From positions 194,225 through 258,224 of the forward strand of contig NMRA01000595.1 in assembly GCA_002633005.1 (NCBI GenBank): a stretch of DNA of 64,000 bases, given 5' to 3'. Every line of letters starts with the position of its first letter. Within the stretch, counting starts at the first letter, position 1. Below the pieces are notes generated by a model, which saw only the letters and a list, made by a program, of their open reading frames with translations, made no database searches and was not told the DNA's origin. The stretch is from Phoronis australis. Its lineage: Eukaryota > Animalia > Phoronida. Below, piece by piece: positions 13,401 through 24,900 of this stretch. A program made the translations under genes and the position numbers.

Positions 13401-15809
13401 GCTATTTAGAAGGTGCCAGGTGTGTGGCGAGGGAGTCACACGACACAATGTAAGCAGTTTGGGTGCTCAGGTCACCATCCAGTGGGAGTGTGTCACGGGA
13501 CACTCTGGCAAGTGGGACAGTTGTTCCTCTGTCCGTGGTATGCCGGAGGTCCACTTAACCATGTCCAGTGGTGTGCTCTTCACTGGAAACACGTTTCAGT
13601 CGGTGAAGACAATGATGGACTTTGGAAAAGTCAAGTTTTTTTTCGAAAACAACATTCAACAACATTCAGAATTCCTATTTAATACCAGTTGTCAATGACG
13701 CATACATGTCACAACATCTCGAGTTGGTGGCGGAATTCATGGAGAAGGAGAACTTGTCTGACTCACCAGGGCGGTCCGCCAAGTATACCACATACACTCT
13801 AATGGAGGAAGAGACCAAAAAGATAATTGATGTGGAACTCGGAACAGCACAAGCATTCAATTGAGGTAGGCATAACAACGCACACAGTGCATTTGCACCA
13901 AGATGTGTCACCACGTCTGTCTTCAGTAGCCGCCTCGTTTCTCTCAACAGCTGCCTGTGCCTGTGTGTACTCTGCCTCGTTGTACTCGGGCTCAAACATG
14001 TACCCACCCACTGAATGTCCGTGAAAAAATTCCTCGTCACCACTGCTGTGAACAAGGTCTCCGTCACTCACACTACTGTCACTGTGATACGGGTCACCGA
14101 CTCCAGCCATTTTCAGCTTACAACACACTAAACAATCCCTAAATCCAACGCAGTTGAGTTCTCTACTAACCTATCTTGCCGCAGAATACTCGCCGATGGA
14201 AAGTGGTGGCGACAATTGGTGAAAAATAGCACAAAACAAAAGTAGAATAGAACAGATTCGCACAGTAAGCTCAACGCAAAACCAAGTGGCGGGAAGCGCT
14301 TGCCTCCTAAAACGTCACTTCCGGAAAAGCGGACGAGTAATTAATAAAATTACGAAAAGCTGTAATTAAGTGAAAAATATGTCTAGGATAACCAACCAAC
14401 CTTATTTTAGCTCAAAATGAAATGGAAAAAGGTTGCCTTCGCCTTTAAAGAAACTCAAGTATGATGACTTAAGTTATCTCAATGATGAATGACACACATA
14501 TAGTATAATTTGGCTTAAATAATGAATGACTTAGCATTGTTTGGTAGAATCAAAACACTTAATACCCCACACGAATAGTGTTCGTCGTCAGTCAAATTTT
14601 TGACATTATCATCCAATAGGTGTAAAGCCTTACTCAATAAGCATAATTATTATAAAAATTCACTGGCCGGCGCAAATATTTTTGTTTGGCAAACATTTCG
14701 AAAATGATATTGCAGATCGATCTTCTTTATTACCTTATTAGGGTCTGCTCCTGGCTCAAACAGCAGCTTCAACAGTTCGCGTTCGCGGAAAGACCCTTCA
14801 ATCACATGTGCGATGGTTTTTATCGGTCGATGAACCTGAAGAATCAAGAACAAAACACAACTACAAAACTGTAAGGACATGCAATGCAAATAAACCAGCG
14901 TAGTAAAAAGGTAATGAAAAAGTACAAAGGAAATTTATTTATAATTCAATTGCAACATTTTACATCAACAGACAATTGCAGCTTAACATGCAAATAAACT
15001 CGAAATGCACAACTTGCAGGCCTAAATGAACTGGAAATCCTTACCCTGCCTACATTTGTCTTGAAATAGATGAACAGCTAAAAAACAAAAGCATCAAAAG
15101 CGTTGGCTTTCTACTGGACCGGCGTGCTTTGCACTCCTAAATAGCACACACCTTTCTGTTTGATTGCATTGTGTGTATATTCAGTTGCTAGGTTACAATC
15201 ACGTCCACAGTTTTGTTTAGTGGTTGTTTTATCCACCAGTCCTTATATGGCGATTGATACAGATAATTTTGTTTTACATGGATTCTGACAGTGTTGTAAT
15301 AAATGAAAGCGATGTGCGACTGACGACGTTTGCGGAAACAGACACGTAAGGTACTATTTTGATCTATAGTTTTTAATCATCATAGTAATACCCAAAATGT
15401 GCTCATCTATCATATGACAAAACGTCCCAGTGGCAACAATCCAAGAGCCACATAATGTATTCAACGGAATGTTTGCCACTGTTTTGCGCGCAAAACAATT
15501 ACTAGCAAGCAGTAGCTTAGAGAATGGGGGCACGGAACCACGGCTCCGGGCATCCCTATTAGAGAACATCCACTCGATAAATAAACTTTTTGAAAATGCG
15601 ATTCGGCGCCAGAGCAGACATTTATTCAGTTCTGCACCGCCCAAGGTATATGGGGGCTGGGTGAGGGGAAAGTCAGGCTATAGCACAACACTTTTGCAGT
15701 TGTACGCCGCCCATGTTGTAAGACTTGTTTACCAAAGATCACGAAATTTCGTTTTGATTTTATGCAAAAGTATACATGGCGTTAATTCTCGGATGCTGTA
15801 AACATTCCA

Positions 15810-15852
<43 letters not shown>

Positions 15853-15864
15853 NNNNNNNNNNNN

Positions 15865-15905
<41 letters not shown>

Positions 15906-18900
15906 ATAGCCATTATCTTCTGCCAGTCTTTCAGAATCTACTCTCAGTACAGTTGTGTTGTATAATTTCCTTCATTTGCACCTTCAAGTTTCTTTGACAC
16001 TACGTCAGTACCCTTTTGTGGATTTTTGGCGTTGGACACCTCTTACATCGAGCCTGTTGCTCGTATGATGTCGGAGAGATCGTGCACTATTCTGATATAC
16101 TGTCTTCTATTGATCAAAGCTTTTTGATAGACCTAGGGCTACTTGCTTCAAAATACTGTGAACTAACGGCCGTGGTCACGTTGGGGGTTTTCTGCAAGAA
16201 AACACAGCTAAACGTCTGGTTTTGAGTAACAGGAAGTGTATTGAAAGTACATATGTTGAACGGAAACCCATTGTTTTGTTGCATCCTCACCGTAGCATTG
16301 AAATGAATTTTGAATGGCGTGGGGTGGAATTTCTGCAAATGAGTAGTGGGGGCATGGTACTGTTTACCCCACGTGACAACATTGGTGGGCTGACAATGCC
16401 AACGTACAGTGTACGAGCACACCGTGTGAACTAAGTCGATAGATGTATTCCTCGGAGCCTTTACTATCCAATATGGAAAAACGAAGAAGACACTAGGAAA
16501 ACAAAGTTGCGCTCCTAGCATATGCTTTCAAGGGATTTTAGAGTTAACATCTAGGTGAACACATTTGCAACGAGATCTGACAGTGGCAAAGAGTGGTAAG
16601 ACGGTTCCTTTCATTACACGCTGCGTGGTTTCAGAGCCTCTATTAGGTTTACCCGTCTACATACATGCAGGAAGAGGGAGGGGGGGGGGGNNNNNGGTGA
16701 GCGCCTCACCATCCACACAGTAACCCAAATCGACAGAGTTAATTTTTACTTGGGTTGGTGTCATACACCAACATTCGCCACTCAAGACTGTCGCAAGTGA
16801 TGACGGTCGTTATGTTTTCCCATATTACACAGGCGAATAAAAGCGATGGATTATAGAGGACATTTTTCGATACAAAGGCGTAAAAATGTTCTTCCTATCA
16901 ACTTTGTAAGTTATCCACAATGTCTTCATATATACTAATATGACAATGGCCCAGGCAGCAACTATCCAACAATTCTGCTATGACTGTACCTCTCTCCTAA
17001 TGGAATATGATGTTAAGCGTCAGAAAACGATTCCGAACTTGGGCATAATAGAATGAGTACAACAACTGGGTGAGTTAAATTGCGCAGACAACAACAAGGA
17101 ATGACTTCCCAGACTCTCAAAAATCAACTGAATACATGGGTTTGCGAAACTTGGCACATCTAGATCCCAAATTTAAATTTTGGCAATGAACCATTGACTG
17201 GGTGGTGGGCATTTGAAATGACCAAAATAGCTACATTTTCAGATCTGTAAAATCGGCCCAATCAAACTTTAAACTGCACTAATATTTGAAAAGGAGATAT
17301 TATAATGTTAACTTTTCACATTTTAGACTTTAAACCAGTAAACTGAAGTCATCTAAAAGTGGGAAATTCTATGAACTTTCATGTTCACACGACCATTCGA
17401 CCTGTTCAATGATACTTAAATAAAATTAAAATCAGTAATTCACGACCCTGGTTTATAACTTAGTCCATGAATTTACGGCCACATCTAAGTTTCACTAATA
17501 GGTATGCGTGTAAAAGGTATGGAAACAACGAAATAGTTCTTCATATTATCATTCCCACATGAATAATTAGCACTGTGCTTAAACTGAATAATGATGCCGA
17601 TTAAAACATCATCTTGATTTACTCCATAGTCGAACAAATGCTTCACCACATCGACGTGGCCATTCATTAAAGTCCTTCTCTCAAACTGTCCATGTGGTTC
17701 CAGTATCCGAAAATACTTACTACATAAATTCTTATTTTCGACACCCTTTCTTTATATTCTTTTCGCCTTTCTTGCCAAAAGCGATTTTTTAACAGTATTT
17801 GACCCTTCTCTATGAGCATATGATTACCGGTTGTCATCGGTTATTTCCGTACCCACATTTCCGGCTCATCAGTTCAGGAACTTGTCCTGAACGCCGCCAT
17901 TTTTTCCTTGTAACTGAATGTGCTATGGCTTGCTCGAAAAGTCTTTATTATTTCGTTTTATTAGTAATATATCGTGATTCGTTTGCATATGTAGTGTATT
18001 TATAGTTTGTAGTTAGTGGTCGTTGAATTTTTGGAATGTTACGCGTACTTAGTATGTTAAAATAGCATTGGTGTTTAGTTCCTTACGTAGGCCGGTCGAA
18101 CCTAGGAACCAATATGGGTCGAACCAATTTTTTTCGGTTTTATTTTTTCCTCGTTTTGAAAAAGTACTTTGCTATCATCGGAAAGGTAGTACATTGTACT
18201 CAGTAAAAATCGAAAAAGTATCAAAATCGGGGAAAGCACTGTAAAGTTATTGCAAGTTTTGTGGCGAAATTTGGGTCACTTTGTTGGATCGCGTCGGCCA
18301 TATTGGAGGACAGCGGGATAAGTTACGAGTTTAAAACTTTGTGTAAATTGTTTTCGCCAACAAATTACGGTGAAATTTAGTTAGACATATCTTTACTTAC
18401 TATTCTGCACGATTTAACAGTGTTCACCAAATTTCAGCCTCGCAGTTGTTACTCATTAAGTGATATGTGCTCAAAATTCCCGTTGGACAACATGGCGACT
18501 TTTGCTGAACTGAAAGGTATGTTCAATCGGCTACTTTGTAATTTGTGAAGATTTAACGTTGATACATTTTGACAAACGTTGCTACAAAAAAGAAACTTTG
18601 TTCAATTTTCGTGTTTTTTGTGCAAAAATATAAGATATATTCGAATTATTTCAGGTTATCAAGTCAACAATTTGAACAATCTTAATTTGAGAAATAAGCT
18701 ATGTTGGATTGTGAGGCTTCAAGCCTCTAATTCTTGTTCCTTGCAACTTCATATTTTTTTAAGCGATGCTTGTCAAATTCTGGTGAAAGGAAACACTATT
18801 CCGTCACCATGGTAATAGTTACATGTATGTCCACTTTCATATCATGGAAACTGTTGCTGTTGTGTTGGACTTGTCATACTTAAAGATAGTAAAAGATGGA

Positions 18901-21900
18901 CATTCTCAAAAATTCCAGCCCCCCATTCTTTTAGGCTTGGTGCGCAAATACAAAGTCTGGGAAAATCTCTATTGAAAGCCAACAACTTTGCACAGTTCGT
19001 ACCCAAGTTCTAAATAAACCTCGTTTGAGCGAGCGCTGTGGCCAGGGACCAGTTAGCAGCAACTATCCAACAATTCTGCTATGACTGTACCTCTCTCCTA
19101 ATGGAATTTGAAGGGAAACTTTAATGAGAGTGAGAAAATGATGTCAGAATTTGCGCATGTTAGACTGATTACAACAACAGGGTGAGTCTCATTGTGTAGG
19201 AAATAATTCTCAGACTCTTAAATATGAACTGAATACAAGGGTGTGACAAACTTGGCACATCTAGATCCCAAATTAGTTTAAATTTCGTCAATGAACCATG
19301 GTCTGGTTGGAAGGCATTGGAAATAACCAAATAGCTACATTTTCAGATCTGTAAAATTGGCCCAATCAAATTTTTAGTATTAGAAAAAGAGACATCTCAA
19401 TGTCAATTTTATATTTTTTAGAGTTTCAACCAGTAAACTGAAGTCATTTAAATGTGGGGGAATTCTATGAACTTTCGAGTTCACGCGACCATTTGACCTG
19501 TTCAATGATACTAAAATAAAAGGGAGATGAATAATTTACGTCCCTGGTTTATAAACTTGGCCATGAATTTACGACCACAGCTAATTTTAACTCACAGTTA
19601 TGCATGCAAAAGGTATATATTACAACGAAATTGTTCTAAATATAATTCCCACATGAGTAATTAGCACTGTGCTTAATTTGAACAATGATGCCGATTAAAA
19701 CATCATTCACATTTAGTCCATAGTCCAATAATAGGTTCACCACATCGATGTGATCATTCGTTGAGGTGTAGAGAGGTGGTGCTCTTTTCAGTGACTGGGA
19801 TTTGTTGTCTTCGTAGACAAATGCTAACGCATCATGGCAAACTTCACGTGACAATCAACGAATAAATATAGATTATTACATGGCGAAGTCGTTATCCTCC
19901 GTTATCTAGAGCCCGAGTGGATTTTGGAGAAATATCGCCCGAGGGGCGTTAGCCCCGAGGGTGATAATTCTCCAAAATCCACTCGGGCTCTAGATAACGG
20001 GGGATAACGGCTGAGAACATGTAATAATCTATTTATACCACATACTAAACGAGAAACATTGCAATGAATCGATTTACCTTTTCTGACTCTCCACGGCTTT
20101 GTAACTACTTTCTATGTCAGAGGCCCGGGGTCGGAGGTCGTGACCTTTTAAGAAAAGCCCGGCTATTTTTGTCAAATAATGCTTTTACTCAAAACCAATT
20201 GAAAACTTAAATATTATAGAAATAAATTGAATTTATAAATTAAGGTTTACCAACTATTATAGCTTAAAACACGTTTTTTTCACGCTAAGCTTCGATCGGG
20301 AAATTATCGTCTGCTAAAGTAGGTTACCACTGGTAACTGAACCTAATTCTCAAGTCAAAGATCCTGACGAGACGATACCCGCATTCAAACTAGAGATCGG
20401 TGATTTACAAGTAAGAGGACATGAGAGAAAAATTTCACCGAATTAAGATATCATTTTTATGGAAATTATGTGTCTTATTTTTCGTAGCGTATAAGTACAG
20501 TACAATGTGGTTTGTTGAACGTGCGATTATTGCGCGTGCTCATTTAAGTATTCTATTTTCAATCTTGATGACGTCAGTCGCTGCGTGGTGTAGTGGTAAA
20601 GCCGGCTCTGTACTGGGAGTAACTAAGAGACCGGACAAACATTTTAAAGTCTGTACAGGTGACTGTGGATGTCACGGTGACGGTGGTTTAGAAACAATCG
20701 AGAGTGGCCTGTAAACGCTTAGGGGCTCTAACATTCTTTCATTGTTCATACTTTCACAAAGTGGAAGTTTAAAAGCGGCTCATCAACTGACTTTTCGCCC
20801 CCAGACGTTAGGTTTCAAAATGGTTACCATTCATTGTGTTCATTCCTTCTCGCTTCTCTGTGGCAGAAATATTTCTTTATAATCATCGATTAATTTGGGA
20901 GGCTCCGCCAAGCCCCCTTTGGACGCCTATGAAAATGCATTATGCATCTAGGGAAGATTGACCTGGTAATTATTAAATTAAATGTGTATTTCTCACCTCA
21001 AACATTAGAGCGGAATAGAAATGCTGATTTGCAGCTTTATAGACATTATTTTTAAAAGTTCACTGAATGGTTTGAATGACCTGACTAGTGTATATAACTG
21101 TCCGAGCAGTTACTTTTTAAATTGAGCGGAAGCCTATAATGTAGCTACAAGTAACAACTGACTTGACACATTCAGATATATTTAACGTAAAACAAGGGAA
21201 TCGTGTTGTGATTCACAGGACAGGGCTGGTGTTCCCACGTTGCTGCACTCATCTAGCAAATAGGGAACTATAAGATGTTGAAGTTGACTAAAGTATAAGA
21301 GATATCCGTCTAAACGCCAAGCTCACAAAGTTTGCACGTTACACCTCGCACTCATGATATTACGCCCCAGTCCACCCATGCAGTTTTATTTATGAAGCTG
21401 TCACTGAGTAAAAAGACTGACCAGTGTGTGCGATCAACTCTGCATAATAGCATCAACATCGACTTCCCAGAAATTCCACTCACTAAAAACTTGTCGACAC
21501 ATTATGACTGCATGGCCCAGGAAGTCATCTCCTTCAAGCCGTGTCAGATGACTTTGACTGCTTTTTACCTGTCGACACAACATTTGGCATAATACTGTCA
21601 GGCTGACCACTCTTTCCCACCAATTTCCAGCACCACCAAGTCATGGGACAGTTCAAACTGTGCCACTGGATGTTGAGTTCCCTGTCACCCTTCTAGGCAC
21701 CCAGTCTTCTGTGGCAATGTGAGCGTGAGCTATCCCCAGATGAAAAATTGTCTCTCAGTGCATGGTCAAAATCTGAGATCGTGCGCACAAGGCACGGTCA
21801 AAATCTTGAAGTAAGTTATTATTCATTAGCGGCACGAGGAGTAAGTCACAGTTTTAGTTTCGGCAAGTCTCACTAACTTGAAAGTGCCACCTCTTCTGCA

Positions 21901-24900
21901 GGCCCACAGGAAGGCAAAAATTACTGGGTGGCGGGGGGCAAAAACCCTTTTCTACTTCGCCAAACAACCCCCGCCCATCGCCACCACCTCCGCCACCCCA
22001 CCGTCGCCCCGTGTTTCCGGTGCCACTATTATTTGTACCGAATCTCCCACGTCCGCATAGGTGGGGGCACAGTGGCGGATTTAAGGGTGGCGAAGGGGCC
22101 ACGCCCCCTAAAGTTCTACCAGATTCCATTTGGCAGCTTGGGGGGGACGAATTTCTGACGGGTAAAACCCTGGCTAATACTCTGCCCTGTCCCCCCAAAT
22201 CAAAATCCTGGATCCGCCCCTATGACAACCCCGGGAATGAAGCCATCAAGAGTTGAGTAACCGTGAACCAACTCGGAGAGTAAGAATGGGCCTAGGACCA
22301 GTATACGAACCGGTAGCTAGGAGCTGCCTCAAGTAGCTACAACTGAGATCTAATAGTGTGTAGATTCGAAATTCCCGATGAACTAAAGGTAGTTGCTGCA
22401 TGGTCAGCTCAGCTGTGTTTCAATTGAGACCGGCAGCTCGTACCGGCCGTCAAGATTTGTTTTATTGTGATCCGGTTTCGGGAAAACTTTATTTTATTAT
22501 GGTCATTCTTTGAAGGAGTTTTTTTTGAAAAGGTGAGATCCCGAAGTCACTGGTATAGTGCCTTTGGGGCTGTTTCAAAATGCGTAGTTGAAACAGGACC
22601 GGTACTCCCTTTTTCTGGTGGCTGGGGAAAATGATAGTGTGTCCCAAAATGTACACACTTCCTGAATGCCTGGAGTTCAAATACAGTTCCCATGGACCAT
22701 GAGATTCTGCGATGGCCAACTGCATGGTTGCATCTTATCTTTAACGTTTGTACGTCAGTCATAACGTGCACGCAAATAAGGACAAGCAATCAATTCTGTT
22801 TTGAAGAACAAAAATTAATTGCTCAGTACTACTGGAAACGAAAGACACCAACTGAGGATGTGCAAACGCAACGTTTCCAAGCAATGAAATTAATTTTATT
22901 TATTTAAGTATTTTTAAAACGTTTTTCTAGCTACGGCTTATGAGTCTGAATTTCATCAATGTCTTTGAGAGTTATTTTAGATATGCAAAAATCTTCTATA
23001 AGTGTACTTTACTATTTGCGGATCGGATTATAGAGTTTTTCCAACTTCAGGCTGCAATTAAATTCACTGAAACATCGTCAATTCTTACAAAATTACCTTC
23101 TAATTGTCAAAAATCATTCACGAATCTATCGATTTTTGTAGCTACACTGTACATAAACAAGTAAATCAGAAACCAACGGATTTGTTTATCAAATCGGAAT
23201 GTTTTTGCAATTTCGGTAAGCATGCTTGCAGACTTTTGACGGGTACCAGGGGGAGTATGGGGGATGCGGTATTAAGGTGTATTTTTGCTCATTTCAAAGG
23301 TACCTATAACGGTTCACGAGGTAAACTTGAATTCCACTGACACAAAACGCTGAAATCTTTTTGTATGATTGCGAGAGTTCTTTGAGTACCCCCGTTCGAC
23401 ATGTAAACGGTCATCACAAATAGTAGCCTAGACAGCAGTGCTTTCCACATGTGTGAATTCCTTACTAACAACTCATAGTTAGTAACCCTATTCAAAAGAG
23501 ATACTACTCTTGTGATACTATAGGAAACAGTAACATCATCTTATAAGTAACTGCAGGAAATAGTCCTTTTGCGTAATTCACAAATAGTTGTCTTCACGTT
23601 CTTCAAAATTCCACCCTTTCGATGTTATTTGTCAGGTCATCATTTTTTCTCAAGTGATACATGTATGCAGTTTCGAGAAAAAAATAAAGTTAAAGTTGTC
23701 TCCATTATCCCTTGCCAGAGAGGGGCACATGGAAAAATGTAGTTTTTCAATCGCAAAATTGACTTATTGAATTTAAAAGTCCGGTAAATCAGTACGCCCC
23801 CCCAAATTCACCACTGGTCTTCTTTTATCTAGTCTCGGGATTTTGAGTTTGCGATTGTGTTATGCAGTGCTAAAAGGAAGGTTTAATGTTGCTGTCAATT
23901 ATCAAAACAAATTGAAGATAAATGGCAATTTTAATCACTTAAAGAAAGGACAATCAACTAGATAACGAAACTGGTGAAAATTAAGGAAAATGTCACTTTT
24001 TTAAGGTAAGGGAAAACGTAAATGAAATAGGCAATAGTTAAAGAAAATCGCATCTACGTGAGAGAAACTCTTAATTAATTAAAACTCAGAATAGTATCAT
24101 TCGATAGAATAATAATGTTAAAGTATCTCGATTGTATCCATGTGTGTGTCAAAAGCTTTTATTACTGTTTAAAGAGCAACTTTACCGTTTTTTGAATGTT
24201 TCTTTGGTCAACACGGCAAAATATAAAAAAAAACACAATGTAGGTCTTGTTTGTTGATTTTGGTTTTGAAAACTGACGGAAACAGTGTGCTTATGTTGGA
24301 TTTAATGGCCTTTTTGGATTCCTGTGCCATATCAAAGATATGAGAGGCGTTTCGGTACTGTTTTTACCCCGGTCGTTATACAAAAAATCGGCAATGGCAG
24401 CACTAATTTGCATAAAAAACGTACGAGAGACATTTTTTCGGCTTGTTAACATCGTTTTTCTGGTTTCACGCATATTTTCCTTCATAAAAATTCAGCTTAG
24501 AAGTTGAAGTCCGGGGGGTGCACGGAAGGCCATTTTTCGACTAGACTAATACACACGCATGTCATTAAAAATTTGATCTGTTGTCTCTCCAAGTCAATAA
24601 TGACTAACAAAATGAGCACGTAGTCAGGAGGAGAAGGCTTACGCTTCATTTCACAGTCGACGGGATTTTTATATTGTACCACGTCTTTTTGGTCAAACAT
24701 TACATGATCGTAGATAGAATATTCAAGTGACAAAGAATACCGTGGCCTGTGCAGCTGTGGAAACAATTGGGGATTGTACCATATACAAATGTAGTACAAA
24801 AACTGAGTATGGCCCCAAACCGGTTTTTAAAAGCAATACCTTGCAACCGTTTTTTAATTATCTTTCAAAAGAATTCACCTTTTCTAAAAGCACCCCGTAC

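Larger units (their letters stand above)
12500..14444 (+). mobile_element. Kolobok-superfamily DNA transposon, internally deleted (non-autonomous)
   Basis: ~150-bp TIRs (AGGCGAAGGCAACCTTTTTCCAT.../...ATGGAAAAAGGTTGCCTTCGCCT) and TTAA TSD at 12496-12499 and 14445-14448. Empty TTAA sites are present in sister units at 5541-5544 and 9028-9031. Two convergent gene remnants lie inside. Confidence 0.92.
2020..15720. repeat. Tandem segmental array with ~3485-bp units (about 3.4 units plus a transposon insert), one 102-nt ankyrin exon per unit; partial copies at 1-500 and ~1900-2020
   Basis: Near-identical landmarks recur at 2556/6041/9527 (period 3485-3486) and again near 14945 after the 1.95-kb insert. 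Confidence 0.95.

Noticed and set aside
2020-15720. CRISPR-like or DGR-like interpretation of constant flanks with variable inserts
   Set aside because: Units are 3.5 kb and the variable parts are homologous spliceosomal exons; the changes are not adenine-specific and the only RT present is a LINE
16000-16521. ORFs 16016, 16114 and 16222, possible RT remnant
   Set aside because: Only a faint NRRQYIRI resemblance amid stops; not supportable
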